This document shows, one piece after another, positions 48,397 to 60,807 of a stretch of 64,000 nucleotides of DNA. The position numbers and the translations under genes were made by a program. Source of the DNA: Raja brachyura. Taxonomy: Eukaryota. The notes under the pieces are model-generated. The model saw only the letters and a program-made list of their open reading frames with translations, was not told where the DNA came from and made no database searches. The stretch covers positions 10,912,001-10,976,000 of the forward strand of contig OY740817.1 in the NCBI GenBank assembly GCA_963514005.1. Direction: 5' to 3'. The stretch's first letter is position 1; each line of letters opens with the position of its first letter.

Positions 48397-51300
48397 CACC
48401 CACCCAAATGCGCCTCACTCCTGCGTGTGCTTGCTCATCTTCCAGCACTTTGTGGAGTGATAAAATTCAGAATATTAGGGAGGTGTCCAAGTGTTTGGCC
48501 TTGTCCTGTTTACATAATCTCTAGGGCTGTGTCGAATTGAAATATTTTGAAGAATCTTGCATTTTTAAAACAAAAAATTGTCTAGTTTGATTGAATAGTC
48601 TAATGACCTTTAGGTCTGGAAGAACGGGGATATTACTAAATTGCTGGGCACTGTATCTGATCCAGCCACCCTCGCTCTGTTCATTAGTGGAGACTGGTTA
48701 TTGTACCAGTTACCTAAGGCTGCAAAATACTTATACTCCTATGACTAAGGTAACGTTTATACCGACTAATCCAAGGTGAGGTGGATTAGGGAGTGATGCG
48801 ACCCGTCCTCCATCGCACTTAATCCACATTTCTGTTTTGAGAGTGTGGACTCTGAGAATAATTTATATGAACTGTTCTTATACATGATTTTAAATACTTA
48901 AGTTCAAATATTGCCGGCACAGTCCTATAAACTCTATTTCCAATGCATTGAGAAATCCGAAATCAGAAAAAAAAAACGTTGAACCGTTCTTCCATCAAAA
49001 CAGGATAACAAAAGACCAAAAATATATGTTTCGTATTTTTAGATGAAAAACTCTGGGAGCATTTGACAGTGTTGTTTTTATTTTAGTTTGCATTTTCTTT
49101 TTGTTTTGCTTCTATTATTTTACTTCCTCCTAAAATTTAAAGAAAGTTCTCAGGAATTTTTAGGGGAAAAGCCAGTTCCCAAAATGTTGTTTATTTTTAA
49201 GAGGGAATAAAAAAACCTGATGTTTGACTTTGAGATTTAGATTTTTAAGTCTATTTGTTGCACCAGTTCCAAACCCGTCTAATGACAAGAAATCACTTAA
49301 ATAGTAATACCTCATAGCGTTCCTTTTGGAATATTTGGGTTAGGAGTAATACGTACACACAATTGTAATCATATTTGCTTTGACTGGCAAGAACAACTCT
49401 TCTCATCCTGGAGAAGATAAAAGTGGAGAAAGGAAAGGGTGGGAGGGTTGTGATGTACCTAATGTGATATTAAATCTCTGATCAATCCTTTTTCAATGTG
49501 CAAAGATCCATTGTAAAATGCCCTCGCTCCTCAACCTAGTAATGGAATCCTCCACTCAACTACACATGGCAATTGAAAATGTCCTGTCCAAATCTATAAG
49601 CAAGCCATTTGTGAATCCACAGTGAGTGTGGGAACAGTTAGTCCGGATCAGGCTGTTTAATGTGCTGTATTTTCACTGTACTTCCATATCCTGACTGATC
49701 CATGCTATGACAGGGGGAAGAAAAGTGGCCAAAAATATTTCAAACAGGAAAAAGTATTGTTTCATGAAATTAAGGGAAATGATTCCAAAATAAGCACAAT
49801 TTGTTTTGTACTCTCCCCTGTTCTGTGTACCATCCTGGCCTATTTTAGCTTGGTAAAGGCATTTCTTGTGATGGTCAGCAACCCCGGCAATTGTTTAAAC
49901 TCTGCGGGATCCCTGTACTATGTTGCTTCAGAGAGGTGGCAATGAGGGGAGCTCAGCCCTTTTATATTGCTGTTACTGCTTTAGTGTGGTGCTGTTTAAT
50001 GCTGAGGAGCAGCATTTAATACCGTTTGGCAGCTGAGCACTGGCACTTCACACTAATGTAGTTAGCAGCTGGAGATGATCAGCAAGTGCCACAGCAGAAA
50101 CCAGCCTGGCCTGAGTCTCTATCAATGCATGCGTCGTGCCTCCACTCCCCCCCCATCTCATCCTTGGCCATTTTACGCGTGGAACATTTCAAACATAAAT
50201 ATATCATGCTGCAATTTTATTGCTTAGTTGCACATGCCAGAATAACAATTATTGTAAAATATCGCCTTGCTTAGAATAATTTGGTTGGTTTATGTTGTAA
50301 AAGTATTCCTTGTTTTCAATTCTTCCCAACTGACACAAATTCCATTTTAGATGTCATTGTTGATGGCATTGTGGGGCAGTTTCCAAACAAATGTTAAAAG
50401 TCCCTGACAATTGCTAAGTTGGTATTTATTCAGTAAGTGGATGACCACCCTTCGCATGTTGGGCAGTAGGACTTGAATATTATTAACCCCCGACCCACAG
50501 AACCGCTGCAGATTTCAATATACCAACTTTGTAGATGTATTTAGACTGTAACGAACCGTAGACCCAAGAGAAGCAAGATTTGCAGATAAACAAAACATTT
50601 AAACACTGCTTTAAAACAAGATAAAACACTGCTTAAAATAATACACATGCTAGAACCCCACTGTACATGGCCTATGGAGCCACGCAAATGTGTGTTTAAA
50701 ATGATCACAATGAAGGGTAGCCTGTAAGGCTAAGTTGAGGGTAGAAATTGTAGCTTACACACAGCCCCTGCACCTTAAATAATGTTTCAGATGGTGCCTA
50801 TCATTTACCATCTGAACCTCTTCTTCAGATGATGACCGAATAGTAAATCTGCTGTCAATTTGCAGCATTTTCTGGTTTATCATAGGTTCTTATCATTCCT
50901 TGTTAGCTATCCTGCTGGTTTCTCCTACAACACACACCCTGTTTCCGTGTGTAATTGAGTCCTGCATAGCTTTGTAATTGTGGTGCTTTAGGTGAGGGAA
51001 GCAGAGCTTTCACTTCCATGTCTGCATACAATTGTACCCTGACCTGAAAATATCAGTTACTGGCAAATTTCTATAAAGTAAAGGGGTAGGTGTTTACAAT
51101 TCTAGCTCCCATTCATCAGCCTGTGAACAGTGACCATATCCTTAGATATCTTAACTATATTAGAAATGTGAATCGACTTGAGTTTCCAGTCAGTTGCTTC
51201 TCCCAGATCATAATCAATGTGGAGAAACTCCTCTCACATTGACCTTTGTAGAGGGGTTGGGAAAAAGATGCAAAATCTGCCGTGTGTTAGAGTGCCGCAG

Positions 51301-54087
51301 TTAGAATAATTAAGAGGGAATCGATTTTGGCAGCAACCGATGGCACTTTAAACACTTAGCTATCTCATTTACATCTCCTCAGCAAACGGTATCATTTTTT
51401 TCACACCTGGTTTTAACTTTTACGGTTGGTGTCACATAAACCGCACCGCCATTCCCTGACTTTTGGTGGGTTGGAGTGGGAAGAAGGGATAAAGACGGTG
51501 CCCTTTCTGACCTGTCAGTCTCCTGGCAGTGCCGAATGGCATTTTCATCAAAAGCAAACCGCAGTGCTAATCATTCTTCCTGAAGGAGTGCCTGAAACCG
51601 CGAGATTACTGAGCAGTCAAATGCAGATCCACTGCATTCCCCGAGTATTTTTTTAAAAGATGCTCAAATTCCAATGCAAACTTACCAATTGATCACTCTC
51701 AAAGTGATCCCAGCACACGCCATTGACTGAAAGGAGAATTGATTCCCTGTCACCAGCCATATCTGAACTTCGCACACTTTAAACTGGATCTGTCATGATC
51801 GAGTCCTTTCATCGGGCATTCAGTACCTCGATTCCTTGTCTTTGTTCCATCCGCAGCCAAGATTGTAGTCTCCCAGCTACATTTTTTTAATGTTAAAATG
51901 TAATTTTAATGTTTTTATTACCTGTGCTATTTATTGGCTGTAAATGTTTGGGCCACAGCTTGAGTATCAGGAAGAACCCGTTTATCTCATTTGTTGGATG
52001 GGAAAAGTGCTTTCAAACTTCCCATCAGATTTGGTGATGATTCATCCATTGTCTTTGGTTACTTTGCTTGGGTTTGGTTGACTGGGATATGGAACAGCTG
52101 GCAAGCTTGCCCCTTGTCTGTGTATGGATTGTATTGCTAACATCCTGCTTTTCCCTTTCCCTAAAACCTGAGTTGTGAATGCATTGGTGCTGCTATTAGT
52201 TTGATTGCACAGTTCATCTGTATGCACAGCTGTATTAGGGCAGTAGTGTTAATCGTATCTATAATCTTTATATTTTTGTGTGAGGGATGAGGGAGATATT
52301 CGAGTCCTTGCCACATTGGGGTGAATGGGGTTTTGCTGGGGATTGGATGCCACATCTTTCTCATGAAACAGTGCAGCTGTGCTGCTTAAGTTGGCCGTTT
52401 AAATTCGTAAAGGATATCGCACTTTGAAAGGAAAATTTAGTGTTGAGAATTTCTGCCTTTTTGAAAGTATGTCTTATTTTAAAAAGAAATCCATAGCTGT
52501 AACTAAGATGTTGCTATATTGAATTATTGCTGTTTAGTTAATATTGTATGATCCAGGGCATAGCTCTCCCATTATTTCTTCCAACAATATTGCAGGGTGT
52601 GTTCATGGTTTGCTTTCTCCTGTTTTTGGGGGATGAGAGAATAAGATTGATTGCATACGTAATATTTTTTGTGCATGGAAAATTGTTAAGTTACAAAAAC
52701 AATTCTGACAATTGCCTTTCGGGTCCTCCATCTCCCCTCCCTGATAACAGGCAGTTGCAGTAATCAGTGTCTTAGGATCTGCCGAAATAAAACTCCCATT
52801 TGTCAAGGAAAAACAATCAGCATTGCTTTGGAATTTTCCTTTAAGAAAACTATCAAAAAGCTTTGGATTTGATCAATCCAACAGTGTGTGTATATTGCAC
52901 AGTGAATTTAGTCTATAATAGAGTTTTTTTTGGTATTAATGACTTTGATGGGGGAGAGAAGTGGCTCCTCATAAAAAAATATTTCTAGAATTGCACGTAG
53001 CATGCAACTTGCTTCTTGTAATTTTTCATTCTTCTACACCACTGCGGCTGTTTAAACGTGTAGAGCAGCTGCACGTTGCGCTGGTCAGTTGCTGGTGCTT
53101 GCCTTTCTCTCCTGGCGAGTTGACTCACAGTCCAGGGAAGAAGTCCAACTGCCAGTAATCCTGTAAAGAACTTGTCCTGTGCGTTTACGTTCATCATCAC
53201 AACACCATATAAAGAAAATCGAGACTCGTGGATTGTTTTGAGGGCCATGGAGGGTGGGGGTAGCTTCGATCCTTATTCAGCAGTTTTAATTTAGGGAATA
53301 ATTTTGTTAGAATAGCACACGTAATTTGACCCAAGCTATGTGCATGGCATGGGCCTTCATCCTCTCCATCCGTTGCACTGTTCCCAGGATGTGGTGACGC
53401 ATTCCCAACACATCCTCTGGTTTATTTTCCCCCTCCCTTTTTGTTCCCACGACAGATTGAATTCATGCAACCCTCCACCCATCTCCTTTCCCTCCTGCCT
53501 CCATTAAATCTCACCTTGCCCATAAAATGGGGTGGTCCTCGGATGACCTATTGCGCTGTTCTGTGTTGAACAAAGAGGCATTACAAAAATCCATCATGAA
53601 GTGGGGTGGGAAAGAGATTGAATTACACTGTTTACACTTGCCTGATTCAATTGCTGTGACTCAGAGTGATGTCTATTACTTTGCTGCACCATGACAAAAT
53701 ATTAATGAAAATAAACATTTTTGTACTGTTTTAGTTGGAGTTTACAGGATATCATTGGAAAATCTGGTGCCATGTAAACCAGGATAATTCATCTCCAACA
53801 GTATGATGCAGAGAGTATTTAGTTAGGCATCCTCCCCTTTCAGTGGAAATAGCAGAGTGGTCTTGCCAAGGATTCCTGCGTAGTTGGTTATTGGTGCAGC
53901 AGACAGTTACACAGAGTGCAGTAAGGAGGCAGCATATCAGAAATGCTCAGGAGAAGTTGAAACTATTTTTCAGTTGCAGACAAGTAACCTGTATATAAAC
54001 CTTTACAATTATCACTCAACTAATGTAGAATTCGGCAACCAAGAAGGAAGAGATTTAAAAAAAAACTTATTCTAATAGTACTGTGAA

Positions 54088-54092
54088 ATATA

Positions 54093-54150
<58 letters not shown>
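54088..54150. repeat. (TA)n microsatellite
   Basis: About 30 TA units with one interruption. Confidence 0.95.
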
Positions 54151-54152
<2 letters not shown>

Positions 54153-55715
54153 TAAATTGCGTGGTTCCAAGGATTTCTCAATTTTTTTAATAAAATAATC
54201 CTAATGTTATATAATGAACAATTTAGAACATTTGCAGAAGAATTTGCTGATATGTCATACATTAAGCATGCGTGTATTTTGATAGGTTTTGCAGGAAAAA
54301 ATATATGGAGCTAGGTGGTCGGGATAATTGGTCTGTTTGGTATTCGGATGTCTGATTTCCTACCGTGCCTGCCCCCGGTACCAGTTCAGTATTGGTGCTA
54401 TCGGACTGTCGCTTCTTATATTGATAAATATTGGTAAGGCAACCCTGTAGCACATACAGTGGGATGCCTGGCTCCCCAGATAGGGCAGCAGAGGGTTTAA
54501 CACTTGCAGACTTGGCTCACCTGCCAGTGTTTGGCAAAAAGCTTTTTTTTTGAGGCAGACCACTCAATGGGTTGCCATAGGTAACTGGATAATCCATCTA
54601 TTTTATTTTTTGAGATTGGGGAGGGGTTGTTGGGAGGGAAAGAGAAGTCTAACGCCATTTTCTCTTCTATGAACACACCATTCCTGTTTAACAGAGTGGT
54701 TGGTTGGCCTTGTCCAAAAACAAAATCATCATCCAAAGCATCTTTACTCTGGATTGAAGGTGGGTTCAGTAGCAGAGTGATTTCTGTAGGGATACGGCGT
54801 GTCTATGTAGAAAATGCAGTGTTGTCACTAGAATTACTTGGCGTAATGGTGCCAATACACTATAGGAAAAATAATAGTACTTCAAGCCAATACATTCTGT
54901 GATGTTGTGTTCATTCACCACTTAAAATTGTTCCCATCTCTATCAGCACTGATTAGTAACTGGCAGTAATGCACTTCACCCAGTATTATACAGCTTGGGT
55001 TGCAACCAGGGAGAGTGTTATGTTTGAGAAGGCAGAACATAGAAATTCGCAATGGTTGTTTAAGTGGCCAAGAGTACATTACGGTTTACTGCAATGCTGG
55101 TGACAACACTGTAATGTATAAATAACCTTTGACAGAAGTGAGAGAGAGGCAGGACTGACACACAAAAAAAATGAATGTATTTCATTATTTAAACAAAATG
55201 GCCTGCAAAATTTGTTTAAAGGGATACTGACTTTTTACCATATTGGGAGAGGGATGGGTGGTGGGGTTTGGGGGGGTGGGGGGTGGAGAAATCATCCCAT
55301 TAGTGGGTGCCATTGCCTTTTAATTAGAAAATGAAAATTCTGAACTATGCATTCTGTAACCAGGATAGGTACTTATTAAGAGAGGAAAAATAAAATCACT
55401 GGTTCATTAACAAATTGTGTTGCTCTATGTAGTTTGTACAAATAAGCTGGAGAGTTTCCATTTCTTGATCTGGCCATAGCTGGTACTGTAACCCCATCGC
55501 TGGAATAATAAGGGTGAATTTTTTTATATATCAGAGCAAAATATTAAAAAAAAAGTCATTTCATTGAAACTGAAACAAAATGTTGTTCTAATAGGTATAT
55601 ATATAAATAATTTTGAATTTTGCTTTTATCCGTGGTTTGTTTTGAGGATGTGATTGTGATTGTGCAACACAGTTGCTTCAGTGGACTACATAATTTTTCT
55701 TGAGAAAAAAAAGAG

Positions 55716-55721
55716 AATAAA
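55716..55721 (+). terminator. Distal polyadenylation signal AATAAA of TNRC6B
   Basis: AATAAA, then CA about 20 nt downstream, then tttcgtgtccgacttttttttcttt. Young repeats resume at ~56080. Confidence 0.65.
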
Positions 55722-56079
55722 CATGTGTTTGGCTGCTAAGCATTACATTTCGTGTCCGACTTTTTTTTCTTTCATCTACATTACACTGTACAGTTAATGT
55801 TGCTGACCCTTCCTGGGGAATCCTGGAGACTCCAGTTGAAGGTTCATCTCCAGGACCCTGCTGCCAGAAATGAGAAGATTATCTTCAAGTCTTTTATGTA
55901 TTGGCTGTAAAAATGTTGGAACTGGGATTTGCTGTTTGGTTTGAAGCTAAGGATACTTGGAGAGCTGCTATGGTTTCTATTTCACCATAGCAAAGTCAGA
56001 GGTCCTCAAGGCAAATCTTGGGTGACCAGCGGTGGGAGGTGGGAATGGTGCTGTTTGAATAGGAGAGGTCTATTACTAA

Positions 56080-56335
56080 AGTCATAGTGTCTTACAGTGT
56101 GGGAACAGGCCAACAGTCCCAGCTACACTAGTCCCACCTGCCTGCGTTTAGCCCATATCCCTCTTAACCTATCCTATCCATGTACCTGTCCAAATGTCTC
56201 TTAAATGTTATGATCGTTCCTGCCTCAACTACCTCCTCTGGCAGCTTGTTCCGTACACCCACTACCCTATGCGTAAATGTTACCTCTCACTATTCCTATT
56301 AAATATTTTCCCCTTCACCTTAAACCTGTCCTCTT
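56080..56335 (-). mobile_element. CR1 LINE 3' end remnant
   Basis: Closely similar to 60808-61080. Confidence 0.7.
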
Positions 56336-58069
56336 GGAGATTCTCAAGCAGATTTAGCCGGATTGGGATCCCTAATGTTTAGGTGGCCTGGGTGAATCTT
56401 TCTTCCCTGCCTCCCCAATTTTTCCACAGTTGGCAGCATTGGGCAATTTACCGTGAAAGTGAAGCAGGTTCAAAGTTATATCCAGAGCAATCAACTTCAA
56501 GAGAATGGGGTAGAAATGGGGTTGAATGTATCTCTTGGTGACTTATTTTAGATAAAAGATGAGTGCGAGGAGAGGGATGTCCTAGGTGAAGATCAGATTG
56601 GTTTGAAGTATAATATTGGCCATGAGCATCCTGAGTGGTAATAGGCATCTGAACTAGTGCAAAGAAAGATACAGAATGCTGGAGTAACTCAGCAAGACAG
56701 ACAGCATATATGGAGAGAAGGAATGGATAACATTCAAGACCCTTCTTCAGACAGAGCGGTTTGAGTGTTGACATTGTACTTTAGTATTGACCGGTCTCTG
56801 AAATGATCGGTGCCATGTGCCTGAGATTTCCCAGATAAACCTCACAACTAATGACCAACAAACTTTCATAATTGAGATCCAACAGTCATGTTAGTTGAGC
56901 TTTCATTGTCAGTTTAGTTTTTATAATTGGGAAGGTTAGGAAAAATAATTGTTTGAAGTTTAATTTTGAGTATGCACCATCTTTAAATACAATTTCTTAG
57001 TTTCCCCAGACCTCCTCTTACATGGTCCTATTCTCCTAGATGTTAGGAACAATCTGGCAGTAATTGTAAAATATCTCTGTAATGCAGAGAAGTACAGTAC
57101 GTTTGGATTGCATACATGACGTAGCAGTTGCAAGGATCTTGTGTGAGAGAAAGCCGCAATTCTACATGTCAGCGTCAAATGGTTTCCAAAAGATGAGTTG
57201 GGAACATACCGAATACTCAAAACATCAGGGACCAACTGTGGAAAGTGTGAGTTGCTGTTTCAGTTGCATGACCTTTTAATTTGAACTATGAAAAGTTGGA
57301 ATCAAATATGTTTTAAATAGTGGAGAGAATAATGGGAATGCTTGTGGTGGTGCTAGGTTTGAGGATGGTAATGACTTATTAATCGCAACTGAGAAGCGGA
57401 GAAAGGGATGTTGTGCAATATTAAACACAGGTTCAGCCTGTGTGGAGTTTGAACTGTTTCTGCGTTATATATTAGTGACTTTAATGTCCACCAATTTTAA
57501 ACACAAAATGCAGTACACTGAATTGGGAAAGTGCTGGAGAAATATTGTGGTCACAAGCAAGTGTGAAGATGAAGTCCGAGGGATCTGCGGCCATCGGATG
57601 GAAAGATGTAGTGAGCTGGGGAGTAGGCGGAAAGGTGAACCAGGAGAAAAGAGGAAGATGTGATATCGCAATGAAAGTGGCAGAAGTTAGAGGTTGATCT
57701 GGTGAATGTGGAGGATGGTGGGGTGAAAGATGAAGACAAGGGGAACCCTATCTGTTGGGGAGTAACAGTGGATCAGGCAACATCTCTGGAGAAAAAGGAT
57801 GGGTAACGTTTTGGGTTAAGACCTTTCGGGGGACATGGTAAACAGACCTGTGGACAATGGTGGGATGGGAGCCGAACTGCTGTCAGGCATCCCGAGTATA
57901 GAATGGGGGATTTAGATGATTTGGACACCAGTTTGAACCGAGAACTGTAAGTGTTGGAGGACATCACAAATGCCGCAGCTGTAGATGAAAGGAAATTGCA
58001 TTAGGGTAAATTCAGGTTCTTTATTATCACATTTAGGTAGGTATGTTACAAAAGGTACAAAAGACCAAG

Positions 58070-59101
58070 TAGGTATGTTACAAAACTTACCTTCAGCGGC
58101 GCTGCAGTTCTGTCACGCCGTGTGCGCGACTTTGGCGCCTTTGAGGGAGGGGGGGGGGGGTGGGGAGGGGGGGGGTGGGATTAAAATGCCATTTTCTCCT
58201 GCCTGTCTGAGATACATTTTCTCGGGCTACTACCTGATGCTGAAAAAACGTTCCGACTGCCGTTCTCTGAAGTTTTTTAAAAAAACGATGGACAATTTAA
58301 TCGCTGGAGTAAAATAAAAATCCACTTCTAACACTGTCAACGCTGACAATAGGACGGATCTCACGTAGGGGACAAAACAAGGTAAGTCGTTTATTTTACA
58401 TATAAACTTGCTTCTTAGGATTACTTTAATCAAAATGTCATCGACGAAAATGTGATTAAGGCCCCATATGATTAGCAGTGTTTTTCCTGCCGATATGGGA
58501 TTTAAATTCAACGCAACCGCAACGTTCCAAACGATCACATTCCACAAAATCTCACTCGCAAGATGATCTAAATGGCCATTCATTTACGGGAATTAAACGC
58601 TAAATTCCTTCCATTTGGTCTGTAAATTAATGACAATGAGATTTAAAAATCATGTTAATATTGTGAATTCTTGTGTGAATGTTATTTGGACACTCAAGAA
58701 ATGGATAGATGTTTGGATCTAGTAATTGAATTTTATAATTAGCTACAATTAGGTAACTAACTAATTATATGCTTAAATTTCAGGTCATCCAAGTAAGATT
58801 GTTTCATATTTGTTTCAGAATGCTTCAATTTATAATAACTGGACATTTCATTCAGTTCTCTTAATTTTTAAGAAAGTTATGGGCTTTTGACTGTCCTCGA
58901 TCACAGCTTTTGAGTTAAGTTAATGGAAAAGTAATAGGGAATTTCCGAGTGATATGAAAGTAATATGAAAATGGCCATAACTTTTTTAATACTGAAGATA
59001 TGAAAGTGAATTAGGTGTCAAATTAAACATTTTTATGCTTTATTTGATGGGATAAATTGCAGACTTGATTTTGAAAATCTCAAAATTTTGTAACATTGCT
59101 A
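58070..59101. mobile_element. Non-autonomous TIR DNA transposon (~1.03 kb)
   Basis: Terminal TAGGTATGTTACAAAA and TTTTGTAACATTGCTA (14 of 16 inverted match). No coding capacity. Superfamily not determined. Confidence 0.65.
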
Positions 59102-59249
59102 TATCAAGGCGCATTCAAATTGTTCTCATCAGACAAGACCGGGCTAAAAGATGCGGTTAGTAGTGGGGAGCAAAATGTTGTAGATGCTCAGGCGGTCTCT
59201 GTGATGAGAGGATGAACCTTTCACGTTGATGGTGTTTTAGCAAAATGAG

Positions 59250-59900
59250 GGTGTTTGTAGACAGGACGGGAGGGTGTTGGGGAGGGGGGAGGAATCCCGC
59301 CAGCTGCGGGGACCCAGCGGGTCGGGCAGCGGCTGTGGAGGGGCGAGACCCCGAGGTAGCACCGTCCTGGGGAAGCGACCCATCCATCCTCTCCTCCGCC
59401 CCCACAGCCGCTGCCCGACGGCCGAGCTGCCGCCTCTGGGCCGGAGATTGAATAGCGGTCAGCCAGAGCCCCGGGTGCACTGAGACGCCCGGTTATTGAG
59501 CGAGAATACCAAACGCGGGATGTGCATTACTGGACGCCCCTGGTTACCTGGTCCGCTGGGCCCGGCGCAAGATGGCGCCCCTAGCAACGCGGCGCAGGCA
59601 GTGACGTCAGCAGAGGAGCCGGCAACCCCTGACCCGGAAGTTGTGGCGCAGTCCCTCGGCGCCCGTTGCTGAGGAGGGAGTGCGTGTGCCGCCGCCGTCA
59701 ACATCATGTCGGACAACGAGGACAAGTGAGTGAGCGGGATGGGCGGAGAGGGGCGTCGTCTCCGCACCCCTTGTCCCGGTCCTCAGGAACTCGCCGTCTG
59801 CCTGCGCTGTCACAATTTACTCCACCTTTAGCGCTGCGGCGTGGAGCGGAGTCAGGAGATCAGACTCGCTGGGCTGGGCCGGCCCGGCCCGCAGCGCCCC
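59250..59900 (+). promoter_or_regulatory. CpG-island promoter of POLR2F
   Basis: High GC and CpG content. YY1-like CAAGATGGCG 59568-59577, RFX half-site CCTAGCAAC 59580-59588, full CRE TGACGTCA 59602-59609, ETS CCGGAAGT 59634-59641. Confidence 0.85.
59706..59725 (+). CDS. POLR2F: POLR2F (RPB6/RPABC2) exon 1 (MSDNED N)
   Basis: ATCATGTCG start, donor AA|gtgagt. Matches the human N-terminus MSDNEDN. Confidence 0.95.
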
Positions 59901-59904
59901 CACT

Positions 59905-60650
59905 GGCTGGGATAAGTCATTATACCGACCCCACAGCGCCCCCACATGCCGGGATGGGTCATTATACCGACCCCATATGCCGGGATGGGTCACTATACCG
60001 ACCCCACAGGCCGGGATGGGTCATTATACCGACCCCACAGCGCCCCCCACATGCCGGGATGGGTCACTATTACCGACCCCACAGGCCGGGATGGGTCATT
60101 ATACCGACCCCGCAGCGCCCCCACATGCCGGGATGGGTCACTATTACCGACCCCACAGGCCGGGATGGGTCATTATACCGACCCCATATGCCGGGATGGG
60201 TCATTATACCGACCCCATATGCCGGGATGGGTCACTATACCGACCCCACAGCGCCCCCCACATGCCGGGATGGGTCACTATTACCGACCCCACAGGCCGG
60301 GATGGGTCATTATACCGACCCCGCAGCGCCCCCACAGGCCGGGATGGGTCACTATACCGACCCCACAGGCCGGGATGGGTCATTATACCGACCCCGCAGC
60401 GCCCCCACAGGCCGGGATGGGTCACTATTACCGACCCCACAGGCCGGGATGGGTCACCATACCGACCCCACAGCGCCCCCACAGGCCGGGATGGGTCACT
60501 ATACCGACCCCACAGGCCGGGATGGGTCATTATACCGACCCCACGGGCTGGGATGGGTCACTATTCCGACCCCACGGGCTGGGATGGGTCACTATTCCGA
60601 CCCCACGGGCTGGGATGGGTCACTATACCGACCCCACAGGCTGGGATTGG
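59905..60650. repeat. GC-rich minisatellite in POLR2F intron 1 (~20 units, 31-nt core with optional insert)
   Basis: Unit GCCGGGATGGGTCA(T/C)TATACCGACCCCACAG with optional CGCCCCC(C)ACA. About 20 copies of GGGATGGGTC. Confidence 0.95.
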
Positions 60651-60807
60651 TAATTACATTGTAACCTTGCACCTCACAGGGTATACCCACTACCCTTCCC
60701 GCTGGGTCCAGAGCAATAGGCTGGGCTGTCCAGAAGACTGGACATGGGTGGCAGTGAGTATCCAGTTGGTGCAATGGTTTTGCTACCCGGGGGGGGGGGG
60801 GGGGGTC

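Larger units (their letters stand above)
44845..55742 (+). other. TNRC6B: Probable ~10.9-kb TNRC6B 3' UTR
   Basis: Follows the stop codon, lacks the young SINE/CR1/Penelope copies common in the introns, is rich in miRNA seed matches, and ends at AATAAA plus a U/GU-rich tract. Human TNRC6B also has a very long UTR. Confidence 0.7.

Noticed and set aside
56400-56552. Strong + strand acceptor (tttttccacag at 56429) after the TNRC6B poly(A) site
   Set aside because: Downstream frames stop early or resemble nothing known, and no supporting exon chain was found.
59905-60650. CRISPR-like repeat array
   Set aside because: Eukaryotic intron, contiguous units with no unique spacers, and no cas genes.
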